Shown here: piece after piece, positions 32,066 through 44,338 of the stretch | Numbering within the stretch: position 1 is the stretch's first letter | Layout of the letters: every line of letters starts with the position of its first letter | Assembly: GCA_030867685.1 (NCBI GenBank) | Contig: JAQOWU010000008.1 | Span: 4,464,001-4,528,000, forward strand | Direction of reading: 5' to 3' | DNA from: Wickerhamiella versatilis | Taxonomy: Eukaryota | Length of the DNA stretch: 64,000 bases | Notes under the pieces: generated by a model | What the model was told of the DNA's origin: nothing | What the model saw: only the letters and a program-made list of their open reading frames with translations | Databases searched by the model: none | Translations under genes and position numbers: made by a program

Positions 32066-34222
32066 CATAGAGTGACAAGACGATGCAAGATTGCTCCCAA
32101 GAAATAAAATGCAGTATTTGAAATAGGGGAGATCTCCATAGTTTTTTTTGCAAGTTCAAATGCTTCATTGCTCCTTGGGGAAAAAGACCACAGGTATATT
32201 GTTCATAGCCTTCTTCGTGATTTCAAAGCTGCTCCGAGAATAGAGACACCGAGCAGAAGCAGACACTATATCTAGTCATATATAAGCTTTTTCTCCTTTT
32301 TTCTAGTACAAAGGGACGAATATAAGACCACCATGTGTATTCCCCATTTCTCCACATACCACGGGACTCTGTCGAGAATGCAACGATTTAGAACTAAAAA
32401 GCCTACCTGTATTCTACGTGAAAGCACTATATTTAGTAATATTTCTCTATGAGTTAATGGACTCACTGCCATGACACAATGTACGTGGTTTCGTGAGAGT
32501 GGTTTGTTCAATTACCATGTGACAGCTTGTAACAACCTTCGCATTGCTCGAGTGTAATATAAGATATTTAAAAAGGTGAAAATGGCACAATAAGTTGCTT
32601 AATGACATAATTCGTCTCTCTGGTGTTATGCTTCTGTGGTGAGGGATCCACATATCCTGCTTTCAAGCGACCCCATTCGCAGGAACGACTGGTTACACGG
32701 AATTAATCACAGCGATACCCTGATATTTTAAATATGCAAACATCCAATCTTGCTTGCTTGCCAATGTCGAAAAATGCAGATGACCATCTCACTGCAAAAT
32801 CAATCACTGGTTGGATTATGGGTAATGGATTGTTGTAGATTATTAAGTGATAAATAGTATTATGGCTGGTATAGAGCTTCACGTGCAAAATCGAATTCTA
32901 TCATCTTCCTTTGTCGAAAAGCATATAAATGTCTGCTTGGTGAGAACGTCCTACGCTAGTTCACCCAAGTGTTTCCTAAATATTTGAATCAACCTTCGAT
33001 TAGCAGATGTGCTGTAAACTTATCTCGAAGTCTTAAGACTCTAATGATTTCTGAAAAGTCTCTGACAAAAGTATCTTGGACTTTTAGCGGATTCCCGCTA
33101 TTTTTTCTGCTTCTTCCTTTACAAAGTATAATGTTACGATACTGTCACCGTGCTTGATCTTATCATAAAAAGGTAGCATATGACTATAACTGGATCCCAA
33201 TTTAGCGATGTTTGTATTGCACCTCTGCTGCTTAATCTTGAGATCGTAGTTTACTTTTTCGATTTTATTAGTACATTTACAGCTGATGCTTACTCCCTCA
33301 CTCACTTCATCTGGTTCAACCACTCATAAAATAACAGATCCAATCTTCTCGTGGTTTTTGGTATTCTGAAGCTATATCGTCTTCCGTAAAAATAAGATGG
33401 GTGGCTCTATGCATTGGCAAAAATCTAGTTATGTCTAGCCCATTGGGTACATGTGGAGTCTGATCTTCGACACTCAGCGAAAAGGTATGGTGTGAATACT
33501 TAGCTACCAAATCACTAACTACACGGCTAGTTGTTGAAATATTTTATAACTGAACAACTGGAAATGGTGCTTCTTCAGCCTAACTTAGCCAATCTATCGC
33601 CAAAGATGTGCATACACCCTCGCCCATTTGCATAATCACATGACTATCAATGTAAGCGATGCCCTGTGTTATACATAAACATGCAGAATTAGTAGCTTGA
33701 AAGGATTGAATTAATCTGAAAGTGAAGAAATAAATTATGCAACAATTAATTTCCAAGATTCAATATAATTTGTGACAAAATTATAGTCCTATTAGGTCTC
33801 AAATGAATTCTACGCGAGAAGTACGAAATGGGTCAATGTAAAACTAGTTTATGCGACTTTATTTTGAGCTAAAAGCGGTAATTCTTTGTGGCTACTCTAT
33901 TGTCAAATGGGCACATCAAACCTTGGAACAACTGCTAAAGACTCCATCATGCACGCCTTGTAAAGGCCTCGGAGGGTGTAACGAGCTGACTCGAGCTTTA
34001 GTAGGGGGGAGACAATTCCGCTACCATACTGGGGTAAATAGCCTAAACCAAGTTTGTGGGTCGTTTACGCTCTTCAGCTTCATACGCTCATGAACATATG
34101 GCCTGTAAGTTACAGCATAATAGGTAGTTTACCCCACAGTAAGCTCAAATATTAGCCCAAATATATTATAAGTCTAAGTAAGAGATGTAATTAATTCAGA
34201 TGGGTATTAAGGTTTAAAGTAC

Positions 34223-37200
34223 TTACAGCAGTACTAGCATTGCAGCAATACCGATCACAAGAGTACCAAACGGCTTGGACTTTTCTGCAGCATTGGCAAT
34301 GGCTGGAGCAGAAGAAGTAACAGCGGGTGCAGCAGTAGGAGCCAATCCACTAGGTGACTCAGATGCTACGGAGGAAGCACTTGAAGCAGCGACAGGAGCA
34401 GACTCACTTGATGATTCAGAAGCCGCTGGGGAAGCACTTGAAGCAGCGACAGGAGCAGACTCACTTGGTGATTCAGAAGTCGCTGGGGAAGCACTTGAAG
34501 CAGCGACAGGAGCAGACTCACTTGGTGATTCAGAAGCCGCTGGGGAAGCACTTGAAGCAGCGACAGGAGCAGACTCACTAGCTGATCCAGATGTACTTGG
34601 CCCAATGACCAAAGTTGTAGGCTCGGTCACAGTATAGGTAGAAGAGCCATGGGTGAAAGTCGTTGGTGAAGGACAGTAAGTTGTGAAGTGAGTGACTTCT
34701 GCCGTCGCTGTGGTAATACCAGTGGCCACAGGACTTTCCTCACTCTGTGTCTTGGTGCAATCGCATTCCTCTATAGATACCGTAGTTGCTTCAGTCACAG
34801 TGTAAGTGGAAGGACCATGAGTAAAAGTTGTTGGTGATGGACAGTACGTGGTAAAGTAGGTTGTGCCCGCTGTCGTGGTGGCACCAAAGCCTGGGGCGCT
34901 TGACTCAGTAGCAGCACCTGCAGCTGCAGTACCCGACTCGGTACCGGTAGCGCCAGATTCAGAGCCAGAGCCACCTGCGCCAGTTCCAGTAGCACCAGAG
35001 CCAGCAGCACCGGTACCAGTAGCACCAGATTCAGAGCCTGACCCACCAGCACCAGTTCCAGTAGCACCTGAGCCTGATCGACCATCACCAGTTCCAGTAG
35101 CGCCAGATTTAGAGCCTGATCCACCAGCACCAGTTCCAGTGGCACCTGAGCCAGCAGCACCGGTACCAGTAGCACCAGATTCAGAACCAGAGCCACCTGC
35201 GCCAGTTCCAGTAGTGCTAGATTTAGAGCCTGATCCACCTGCACCAGTTCCAGTAGCGCCAGATTTAGAGCCTGATCCACCTGCACCAGTTCCAGTGGCA
35301 CCTGAGCCAGCAGCACCGGTACCAGTAGCACCAGATTCAGAGCCTGATCCACCAGCACCAGTTCCAGTAGCACCCGAGCCTGATCGACCATCACCAGTTC
35401 CAGTAGCACCTGAGCCAGCACCACCGGTACCAGTAGCACCAGATTCAGAGCCTGATCGACTAACACCAGTTCCAGTAGCACCTGAGCCAGCACCACCGGT
35501 AGAAACAAAATCAGAAGAGCTCGTGCTCTGTGACGGAATTACTGTGTGATTCCAACCAGAGGCCGGTTGCGATGTAGTAATGCTAGATACTTTTGGGGTG
35601 GCAGAGCCAGACTTTGTACTGGGTCCAGACGATGATCCACTAGGCAAACCTCCTGTCACTGGTGCACTGCTTGCAATGGAATGCCCACTCGATGTTCCAC
35701 GCCTATCGCCGGACCTAGAAGTGGATGCATGAGAAGAAATCAAAGTAACACTCGACCATGTTGGTATTAAGCCCGATTTTACACTCGACGTCGGATTAAT
35801 CAAAGTTAAACTCGACAACGTTGGTTTAAAGCCCGATTCTCCAGAACTCGAACGTGTAGTAGATGCCTCAGAGTTAGATTTCGGCTTAATAGATGAGCTT
35901 GAATTTGTCGGAACAGGTGATCCACTAGACCCATTGATACCAGCACCTGACGTCACTTCAGCAGATGATGAAGTATCTGTCGAATTAACGCTGGTCTTAG
36001 AAGTTGTTGTAGCGTTTGTCGGAACAGGTAATCTACTAGACCCATTGATTCCGCCACCTGACGTTACTTGAGAAGATGAAGAAGTAGCTGTCGAAACAAC
36101 GCTGTTCTGAGAAGTTGACGTAGAACAGTGCGCAGGTGAAGCAGTAAGATCAAATCCAGAAACGTGGTTCAACTTAGCAAGTGGCAAAATTACATTAATT
36201 GCATCAATGATCTTGTTCACATCATTCAGGTAGTCCGAGGATGCGTTCACCTCCCCCCACAGAACACAACATGGGTGACGTGATAGTCCACCACTAACCT
36301 GAACAATGATGCCCGAGATGCCTTCGGTTATAAGGTTCAGACCCGGAACAATAGAGTTAATCAACTCAGCAATTCCAAAACTGTCAAGACCCTCCAGCAG
36401 CTGATGGTCTATCTCCAATAGTTGAGAAATAGCATTAAAGATCTTGGCCTGGCTGTTATAGCTGATACAGTCAATATTACCAGATATGCCAGCAAGGTCA
36501 TTAAAGACGGACTGGAGTGAATTAATATGTTCAGGAAGATCGAATACATTAATGCCTGACTTGAAGGTATTAATTGCGGCATCCACCGCCTTGCCCAAGC
36601 TATCAACGATGTCGCCAACGATTCCTTCATTATCACACTGACAACTTGAGGTAGCACTGGGAATAGCCACATCAGCGTTAGCTGGACTTGTGAAGGCGAT
36701 AGTGGAAGAAGCCAAACTTGATACGGTGGTAGGGATAGTGGTGGCTGCAGATGATGAACAGTCCCCAGATGAAGCAGTAAGATCAAATCCAGAAACGTGG
36801 TTCAACTTAGCAAGTGGCAAAATTACATTAATTGCATCAATGATCTTGTTCACATCATTCAGGTAGTCCGAGGATGCGTTCACCTCCCCCCACAGAACAC
36901 AACATGGGTGACGAGAAAGTCCACCACTAACCTGAACAATGATGCCCGAGATGCCTTCGGTTATGAGGTTCAAACCCGGAACAATAGAGTTAATCAACTC
37001 AGCAATTCCAAAACTGTCAAGACCCTCCAGCAGCTGATGGTCTATCTCCAATAGTTGAGAAATAGCATTAAAGACCTTGGCCTGGCTGTTATAGCTGATA
37101 CAGTCAATATTACCAGATATGCCAGCAAGGTCATTGAAGACGGACTGGAGTGAATTAATATGTTCAGGAAGATCGAATACATTAATGCCTGACTTGAAAG

Positions 37201-38941
37201 CGTTAGTTGCGGCATCCACCGCCTTGCCTAAACTATCAATGATATCGCCAACGATTCCTTCGTTATCGCACTGGCAGCTCGAGGTGGCACTGGGGATAAC
37301 CACATTCGAAGTAGCAGGGCTCGTGATTGCAATAGTAGAGGAAGGCAGGCTTGAAATGGTGCTTGGAATATTGCTGATGCTGATCGATGTATTAGCCGTG
37401 GTGGGGGTTCCGCTAGCACTCACACCTGATGTACTGACCAAATTACGGATAGGACTACTCGTTGCTGCGAGCGAAGAGGTTGGGGGAGAGCAGTCCCCAT
37501 GTGAAACAGTAAGATCAAATCCAGAAACGTGCTTCAACTTACCGAACGGCAATATCTCATTGATCGTATCAATGATCTTGTTCAAGTCATTCAGGTAGTC
37601 CGAAGATTCGTTCACCTCCTCCCACAGAACACAACATGGGTGGAGTGACAGTCCACCCCTGACCTGAATAATGATGCCCGAGAGGCCTTCGGTTATGAGG
37701 TTCAGACCCGGAACAATGGAGTTGATCAACTCAGCAATTCCAAAACTTTCAAGACCCTCCAGCAGCTGATGGTCTATCTCCAATAGTTGAGAAATAGCAT
37801 TAAAGATCTTGGCCTGGCTGTTATAGCTGATACAGTCAATATTACCAGATATGCCGGCAAGGTCACTGAAGACAGACTGGATAGAATTGATACGCCCAGG
37901 AATATCGAATACATTAATGCCTGCCTTGAAGGCGCTATTTGCGGCATCCACGGCCTTGCCCAAGCTGTCAATGATGTCACCAACGATTCCTTCGTTATCG
38001 CACTGGCAGCTCGAAGTGGCACTGGGGATAACCACATTCGAAGTAGCTGGACTTGTGAAATCGATAGTAGAGGAAGGCAAGCTTGAAATTGTGCTTGGGA
38101 TATTGCTGACAATACTGCTGGACGCGCTGCTCGAGTCATCAGTGTGAGAAACTGTTAAAGAGGTCAAGCTTGACACCGTGCTCGAGGTTCCGCTAACAAC
38201 CTTACTTGATGCACTGCTCGAAATACTGACAGGACTCGTTGTTGCGAGCGAAGAGGTGGACGTGGAGCAGTCCCCAGATGAAGCAGTAAGATCAAATCCA
38301 GAAACGTGGTTCAACTTAGCAAGTGGCAAAATTACATTAATTGCATCAATGATCTTGTTCACATCATTCAGGTAGTCCGAGGATGCGTTCACCTCCGCCC
38401 ACAGAACACAGCATGGGTGACGAGAAAGTCCACCACTAACCTGAACAATGATGCTCGAGATTCCTTTGTTAATAAGGTTCAGGCCCGGAACAATGGAGTT
38501 GATCAACTCAGCAATTCCAAAACTGTCAAGACCCTCCAGCAGCTGATGGTCTATCTCCAATAGTTGAGAAATAGCATTAAAGACCTTGGCCTGGCTGTTA
38601 TAGCTGATACAGTCAATATTACCAGATATTCCAGCAAGGTCATTGAATACGGACTGGAGTGACTTGATATGTTCGGGAAGATCGAATACATTAATGCCTG
38701 ACTTGAAGGTATTAGTTGCGGCATCCACCGCCTTGTCCAGGCTATCAATTATTTCACCGAGGATTCCTTCGTTATCGCACTGGCAGCTCGAAGTAGTTGC
38801 TGGCAACTTCACATCAAGAGTTGCCGGACTAGTGAATGGAACAGTCGTCGATGCCAACGAGTATGAGCTCGTTGATGCATCTTGACATGCTACTAACTGA
38901 AATACACTTTGTAGTGTCACAAAGGCCCTGATGTGCACCAT
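34223..38941 (-). CDS. Large GPI-anchored adhesin/flocculin-like cell-wall protein with four tandem six-Cys helical domains
   Basis: Signal peptide; 4 x 173-aa domains; S/T stalk; GSGATGT repeats; two [13 protein letters not shown] (Ccw12/Sed1-type) units; 19-aa repeats; ANAA plus hydrophobic GPI tail. Confidence 0.9.
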   Translation of the reverse strand: MVHIRAFVTLQSVFQLVACQDASTSSYSLASTTVPFTSPATLDVKLPATTSSCQCDNEGILGEIIDSLDKAVDAATNTFKSGINVFDLPEHIKSLQSVFNDLAGISGNIDCISYNSQAKVFNAISQLLEIDHQLLEGLDSFGIAELINSIVPGLNLINKGISSIIVQVSGGLSRHPCCVLWAEVNASSDYLNDVNKIIDAINVILPLAKLNHVSGFDLTASSGDCSTSTSSLATTSPVSISSSASSKVVSGTSSTVSSLTSLTVSHTDDSSSASSSIVSNIPSTISSLPSSTIDFTSPATSNVVIPSATSSCQCDNEGIVGDIIDSLGKAVDAANSAFKAGINVFDIPGRINSIQSVFSDLAGISGNIDCISYNSQAKIFNAISQLLEIDHQLLEGLESFGIAELINSIVPGLNLITEGLSGIIIQVRGGLSLHPCCVLWEEVNESSDYLNDLNKIIDTINEILPFGKLKHVSGFDLTVSHGDCSPPTSSLAATSSPIRNLVSTSGVSASGTPTTANTSISISNIPSTISSLPSSTIAITSPATSNVVIPSATSSCQCDNEGIVGDIIDSLGKAVDAATNAFKSGINVFDLPEHINSLQSVFNDLAGISGNIDCISYNSQAKVFNAISQLLEIDHQLLEGLDSFGIAELINSIVPGLNLITEGISGIIVQVSGGLSRHPCCVLWGEVNASSDYLNDVNKIIDAINVILPLAKLNHVSGFDLTASSGDCSSSAATTIPTTVSSLASSTIAFTSPANADVAIPSATSSCQCDNEGIVGDIVDSLGKAVDAAINTFKSGINVFDLPEHINSLQSVFNDLAGISGNIDCISYNSQAKIFNAISQLLEIDHQLLEGLDSFGIAELINSIVPGLNLITEGISGIIVQVSGGLSRHPCCVLWGEVNASSDYLNDVNKIIDAINVILPLAKLNHVSGFDLTASPAHCSTSTSQNSVVSTATSSSSQVTSGGGINGSSRLPVPTNATTTSKTSVNSTDTSSSAEVTSGAGINGSSGSPVPTNSSSSIKPKSNSEASTTRSSSGESGFKPTLSSLTLINPTSSVKSGLIPTWSSVTLISSHASTSRSGDRRGTSSGHSIASSAPVTGGLPSGSSSGPSTKSGSATPKVSSITTSQPASGWNHTVIPSQSTSSSDFVSTGGAGSGATGTGVSRSGSESGATGTGGAGSGATGTGDGRSGSGATGTGAGGSGSESGATGTGAAGSGATGTGAGGSGSKSGATGTGAGGSGSKSSTTGTGAGGSGSESGATGTGAAGSGATGTGAGGSGSKSGATGTGDGRSGSGATGTGAGGSGSESGATGTGAAGSGATGTGAGGSGSESGATGTESGTAAAGAATESSAPGFGATTTAGTTYFTTYCPSPTTFTHGPSTYTVTEATTVSIEECDCTKTQSEESPVATGITTATAEVTHFTTYCPSPTTFTHGSSTYTVTEPTTLVIGPSTSGSASESAPVAASSASPAASESPSESAPVAASSASPATSESPSESAPVAASSASPAASESSSESAPVAASSASSVASESPSGLAPTAAPAVTSSAPAIANAAEKSKPFGTLVIGIAAMLVLL
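34355..34580 (-). repeat. Intragenic 57-nt tandem repeat x4 ([19 protein letters not shown])
   Basis: GAAGCACTTGAAGCAGCGACAGGAGCAGACTCAC recurs at 57-nt spacing. Confidence 0.9.
34940..35500 (-). repeat. Intragenic Gly/Ser/Thr minisatellite ([21 protein letters not shown] variants)
   Basis: Repeated CCAGTTCCAGTAGCACC / GAGCCAGCAGCACCGGTACC units; boundaries approximate. Confidence 0.9.
36125..38785 (-). repeat. Four near-identical 519-nt domain repeats
   Basis: First-to-last Cys spans: 38267-38785, 37490-38008, 36758-37276, 36125-36643. Confidence 0.92.
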
Positions 38942-41443
38942 ACTAAAAGTCGCGTAGGTGGGAAAGCTTCTTAATTATGGGTAGCTACGGTATGCGCTAG
39001 TTCGATCAGCTCCTGCATAACTGTGCGCTTCAGCTATTTGTAATCCTGCATCTCGGTGTCTGTGCATGTAGGGTATGTGTTTTCTTAGCAGTAGAGGAGA
39101 GAGCGTACGAACCCCAGCATGGGCTTTATTCAATTCCATCTCCTGTATTTACGTTATTCATTTCGTTTGAGCTAAAACAAAAAGTGTCTACCACGTGGGC
39201 CGAGGCTCTTCTGGTATGCAAATCTCATTAATAAGTGTAGAGGAGAAAGCACACCATTAGGGTAATTTGGACCGGTTCAGCCGGGGACGCGATTTATCGC
39301 GTCGAAAATCAAAAGATTGGTAGATATTTCAGTTAAACATTTCCGCTAACACTAATAATATTGTAGAAGGAAGTCTTAGGGCGAGTTCTGAGAAATAAAA
39401 GGAACAGACAGGTGGGCACACCTCCGACGTCGACCCCAGCCCATACAGATTCAAACACTTTTTTATTCAGGAAGCCAGTCATGAAGTGGGCTATTTGTGT
39501 CTAGCTTTACTGGAAATAGGAATTGAAACTAAGGTGGTGGGAGATGTAATATCACTTTTGGTATGATTTCGTCCCTTTTCGGCGATAACGAAGATCCGAT
39601 CGGTATTGTTAGTGAGAATTAAATGAGTCACCTGTCTGCGACGCGAATCGTATCGCTGTACGCATCACGGTATTAGGGTTATGCACTCTGTGGTCCAATC
39701 ACGCGTCGGGATGCGGCGGGTAGCTTGAAAGAACGGCGGCGCACGGTTGGCTTAATAATTCACTGGTGCTTTAGGGATCATAGTTTCGACTCTTTTCTAT
39801 ATGGTTCTGGTGTGGTGGTGGTACGTGAGTAGACTGCTCTTCTTCGGTCCGTAACTCATTGTTGCAAGCGCTCTACCACTTCATATTAAGTGGAGTTGTC
39901 AGCAATTGTGCGAAATCGGGTAAGTCCGTGATGTATAATGCAGCTTGTGACTCTAGATGCAGGCTAAACCCCTTTATTGCCAGCGAAGACCCAGACTCCA
40001 GAGGAGAAGTAAACGATATACATTCTAATTGGCCAGCTGTTGACCAATCCTTTGTTTCTAAATCAGAAGTATGCTGCCTTTCTAGCACGCTGCCTCTCCA
40101 TATTAAAGGGAATAGGTTGTGGTAAGGCTCCGGTAACTCCGATAGAATCCTCTAGTGTTAGCAAAATGGTAGGCTTAGGAATGGGACGAGCGCGATATAT
40201 TCTAAGTGTGCTAAGGGAATATATTTGCCGTAAATTGTGCGAGCTGGCATGACCGAACGCTCCATTCATGACCTAAATGGCGAATTATTCTCCTCTGTAT
40301 TCACAGCCACAACAACAACCGCAGCTATATTTTCACACACGCTATTTATAAGTAACTCTCCTATATCTATAGCAGTCAAACCGACATTTTTAAGCCTCCC
40401 TATATTTCTATTCCGGGATATGTTACTGATCTCAGACATGCAGGGCAGGTCTGAGAGTATGTGCTTATTAATGGATGATGCTTCAAAGGCATGACTGCTC
40501 TCGTATAAATGCAAGACATGAGATGTGATATAATATGTTTGGTAATCCATGCATGAAGCACCAGGTCGGAGTTAAGGCGATGCTGGGGTGAAAATTAGTG
40601 AAACTTGTGTAGGTAATGCTGATAGACCACGTAACTATATCATATAGTGTGCTGCAACTCCAGCACCGGCGTTTCCAGTGTTTCGTAGTGATCTGCGCGG
40701 ACCTCAGAAGTTGCAAGCACCTCTTCTGGAAGATCTGTGGGCTTTTCACAATCCTCACGTGTGTCCCTAATGTGTCGATTAGCGATTAAAGACCATAGAA
40801 TGAAGGTTGTTTGAGGATTCCTAGTTTACTATCGGTCGACAAGAAGTTCGCGTAGTTTATGATACGCATATGTATCAGCCTATTAAAAGCACAGCAATCT
40901 GACTATGTAGAAGATATGACAAGAAATCAGGAGGGCCGAGATATTCCAATACACCCCTAGCCTCGAAAGAGCAGTGAACCTCGTAGAAACAGCTGATTCT
41001 TTGCGTTACTCTTCGGTTGCTATTCAGTATTTATTCGCACCATCCCCTAATAAAGAGTTGAATAATATTCTTTGGGATACAGTATAGTTGATGCTTGACT
41101 ACCGAGGAGCTGCTGTTCGTTATCTTGTTAAGCACGCTACAATATCAGGATGAGATGGCATAGCCCTGGAGTTACCCAAATGTCCCTCTCTTTTCTCCAG
41201 TCCCGACTGATTGGAGAGACCGCAATGTAGCTCACCAGAGTCTCACGCTAGACAGAGAGGTAGCTACCATTCGTTTTCAATTATTTACGGTTTCCTTATA
41301 GGATTGGAATTAAGGAGTGGATGCGTTGAAGAGATCAGAAATGCTTTTCTTATTTTGGGCACATAGTCATGCACGACAGAATCCATTCTGTATGTATATG
41401 CCTAAGCAGCCGTTCGGCTTACCAATCTGACGTGGTGGCTATT

Positions 41444-41902
41444 ATGTTTCACAGATTAGAAAAGTCCGAGCATGACGCGGGCCATGCGGTACCTCCACCA
41501 CCATATAGCATAGCAAACTCGGAACAAAACGGGGGCATAGTACTTTCAACAACAGGAGATGTTCCTGGATATGAAATTGTCAAAAACCATGGTGTCGTGT
41601 TTGGCACAACGGTGAGAAAAGGTACGAATTTTTCGATGTGGAAGAGCGACGGAGAGAAGCAACAAGCACAAAAGGGGGGACGAAAAGGATCAAGCAGCGT
41701 AGAGCTTTACAGGCTCACAAATCTAGTCCAAACTACGCGCGAAGAAGCGATTGATAGAATGATCGAAGGCGTTAAGGCAACAGGTGCAAATGCAGCATGT
41801 GGGCTTCGGTTTGATTCGGAATGTATTGGACAGTTAGGGGAGATCTCTCAAGTATGTTGCTGTGCGACCGCTGTTTCTGTTGTTCCGAAGGAATACAAAT
41901 AG
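41444..41902 (+). CDS. YbjQ/UPF0145 putative heavy-metal-binding domain protein with an N-terminal PPxY motif
   Basis: STTGDVPGYEIVKNHGVVFGTTVR...REEAIDRM...GANA..GLRFDS...VCCCATAV. Likely start 41444; upstream in-frame ATG at 41369. Confidence 0.82.
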   Translation: MFHRLEKSEHDAGHAVPPPPYSIANSEQNGGIVLSTTGDVPGYEIVKNHGVVFGTTVRKGTNFSMWKSDGEKQQAQKGGRKGSSSVELYRLTNLVQTTREEAIDRMIEGVKATGANAACGLRFDSECIGQLGEISQVCCCATAVSVVPKEYK

Positions 41903-41913
41903 TGGGTCAATGC

Positions 41914-41945
41914 CTGAGACTGGTTGGACAATGCAAGATGGCCCA
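41914..41945 (+). repeat. Dispersed ~33-bp repeat, full-length copy
   Basis: CTGAGACTGGTTGGACAATGCAAGATGGCCCA, 11 bp after the YbjQ-like stop. Confidence 0.8.
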
Positions 41946-42420
41946 ACGCAAGACAGTCAGTGCTTATATAGTGCAATGACACTTATAGCACAAATATTTG
42001 AACGATTAAGCACTTTATCAAGAATATATATATAGAATGAATAAAATTAAACATGCCCTGTGTATAATAGTGTAGTAAGCTGGAGAGGAGATACACCGAG
42101 AAATAGTATTTTTGGGCATTACAGTAGAGCCAGATTGCAGATTCACCTTCCCCAACATGCGTGGAATATCGATCAAACTGCGGGCGGCATAGATTGGCAT
42201 CTAAATCACTGCAGCTCTCACAGGCAGCCTAGCTTACCCATAGCGCTTCGATTGATTTTGATAAGCAGATAGATAGCTGCCGATGATGCACTGTGCAGTC
42301 AAATCGATCCTGCTACTACTTTAATGGGACCACTGCTTTCCTCACCTGTGTTAACATCCATACCCGCGTCATTTGTTTCTTAAGCTTGCCCTTCTCTAAC
42401 AACCAACCCTAACCTCGGTG

Positions 42421-44325
42421 ATGAGCCTTCCGAAGCTGTTTCGCCAGCAGATTGAAGCATCGCTGCACATAAAGGAGCAGAGTTCAGGCTTTTACACTGA
42501 GGGGGATGTTTTAAATGGTAATCTCGTGGTAAACGTGGCCAAGAAGGCTCCTGTCAAGAGCGTTTCGGTCCAGCTTCGCTGTCAGGAAACATCAGCTGTG
42601 GCCGTAAATTTAGAAGAACGCGACTCCCAGGTGGCTTCCAGAAGTGAATCACAGCCATCGACTGGAATTGTGCCACTTTCCACCACAGAATCTAAAATAC
42701 ACTGGGAAGAGACCCATGAATTTCTTCCCGCTGGCCAGCACGAAGTCTCGCAGAAAACTGAGCTGGAAGAAGGTAAGTACACTTATTCCTTCTCATTCAA
42801 AATACCTAGGCTCGCTCAACTCCCCGGAAGTGCTACTATATCCTCGCGAAATGGTCTGGAGTTCGGGGTCACATGGGAAATCAGAGCGATCATCCGCAGA
42901 CCAGGCCTTGCTCTTAAACGCAAAGTCAGCGCAGTGATTCCGGTATATAATGATACTCCAATCCTTCCATATCATCAAGAACGCGGACATCTCAATGGCA
43001 TGAAATATATCACCGCACCGACGAACCCCGTATTGTCAGATCAGGACCAGAACGAAACCATATCGGACCATGATTCCGTGGTATTAGGCTTTGATATGGA
43101 GTTCCCCTCTGTTGCTTTACCCCAATCACCGCTAAGCCTGCAATTAGCTTTGAGTCTATCCTGTTCCCACCGCAATCTGATTTTCTTGGAGGGAATCCGG
43201 ATAAGCCTCATCAGGCATTGTCATGTCCGCGCGAAGCATTTAATGGATACTTATACTAGAAAGTATGAAATTGGATCCATTCTAGAACATCGCATGTTGC
43301 AGGACAATGTGTTAGACTTTACGCCAAAGGTAGCGAGAATGGGTCTCCCCTCTTCATTTCCACCCAGTTTCAGAACCACCCTGCTTCAGTGGTCCTATGA
43401 GCTTGAGGTGGAGGTTGAAGTATCAACGCACGACAAGAAAAAAGAAGTAATAGCATCATCCATCCCAGTATCACTGGCATCTCTGGTGGCATCCTTAAGG
43501 GCTGCAGAGGACTCCTCCTCAATCCACGCGCAACCCGCTATGTCCCTTGACTTTAGATCCCAAGAGCAGACCAACCAGTCAAAAGTACAGAAAAAAGTCG
43601 TTTCTCAAAAAAGACCTGTTTTTGAGCCGGCAAATCCGAGCACATTGGCCAACCTGTCCGCTGAGCCTGATGAGAACGTATTCCCGCAAATTAGTTCTAA
43701 GGAAAAGATTTTATCGCTGGAAGAACTTAATGCCTCGCTAGATGTTGTTGCCGATTTGATGATCAACAATGGTGTTTGGTATGAAAAATTCCTTGCAGAC
43801 AACAAGGATAATTCGAACCTGTCAGGTGAGTTCTCATTCCAGAGCGATACATCTGGGAAGAAAACCCGTCACTATAAATACAGAAAGTCTTTGAATGGGT
43901 CAATAGGACCTAAGTCCACCACTTGCCTATCTACTGATACCTTAGAGACATTCAACCCTGACGCCAATGCAGTGATACTGATAGCTACCAAGACGCCTGA
44001 CGTCCCGAGTGGAGATGCATTCGTTACGATGACGAAGGTTTGCCTGGCACGAAGCAAAAATAATCGAACAAAAATTCGCCTCTCTTCATGGCTTGATTGG
44101 GAAGGAAAGTCCTGGTTAAAGGCGGCAATTGAGAAGGGCGCGATCAGCGGTCAAGTAGAGAATTGCCGAATGCTAATTAATTGCCTTCGAAGTTCTACTG
44201 GTGAAACTGTGCCAATTAATGAAGAAGTTAAAGAATCAGCTGAACAATCATATGGAATACCCCATGCTTACAGTATCATCGCAATTGTGCTAGCCCTTGC
44301 CATTTACTTTGTATTCATTAGATGA
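42421..44325 (+). CDS. Arrestin-like N/C domains fused to a VASt (StART-like, Lam/Ysp2-type) domain and a C-terminal TM anchor
   Basis: Arrestin motifs: FYTEGDVLNG.LVV, LEEGKYTYSFSFKIP...LPGS, PPSFRT.LLQWSYELEV. VASt motifs: IGPKST.C, TKTPDVPSGDAF, W.GKSWLKAAIEKGAISGQ. Hydrophobic tail. Confidence 0.8.
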   Translation: MSLPKLFRQQIEASLHIKEQSSGFYTEGDVLNGNLVVNVAKKAPVKSVSVQLRCQETSAVAVNLEERDSQVASRSESQPSTGIVPLSTTESKIHWEETHEFLPAGQHEVSQKTELEEGKYTYSFSFKIPRLAQLPGSATISSRNGLEFGVTWEIRAIIRRPGLALKRKVSAVIPVYNDTPILPYHQERGHLNGMKYITAPTNPVLSDQDQNETISDHDSVVLGFDMEFPSVALPQSPLSLQLALSLSCSHRNLIFLEGIRISLIRHCHVRAKHLMDTYTRKYEIGSILEHRMLQDNVLDFTPKVARMGLPSSFPPSFRTTLLQWSYELEVEVEVSTHDKKKEVIASSIPVSLASLVASLRAAEDSSSIHAQPAMSLDFRSQEQTNQSKVQKKVVSQKRPVFEPANPSTLANLSAEPDENVFPQISSKEKILSLEELNASLDVVADLMINNGVWYEKFLADNKDNSNLSGEFSFQSDTSGKKTRHYKYRKSLNGSIGPKSTTCLSTDTLETFNPDANAVILIATKTPDVPSGDAFVTMTKVCLARSKNNRTKIRLSSWLDWEGKSWLKAAIEKGAISGQVENCRMLINCLRSSTGETVPINEEVKESAEQSYGIPHAYSIIAIVLALAIYFVFIR

Positions 44326-44338
44326 CCCCATTCCCTCA

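Noticed and set aside
34275-35549. Antisense and alternative-frame ORFs over the adhesin repeats (e.g. 228-aa Pro-rich, 237-aa Leu/Val-rich)
   Set aside because: Shadows of the stop-poor tandem repeats in the real minus-strand gene.
30525-38941. ZRT1 plus neighbouring surface protein as a PRA1-ZRT1 zincophore locus
   Set aside because: The neighbour has no Pra1/Aspf2 His-rich motifs, and the genes are tandem rather than divergent.
39859-40760. Chain of short minus-strand ORFs as a pseudogene
   Set aside because: No recognisable motif and ORFs occur on both strands; cannot be supported without BLASTX.
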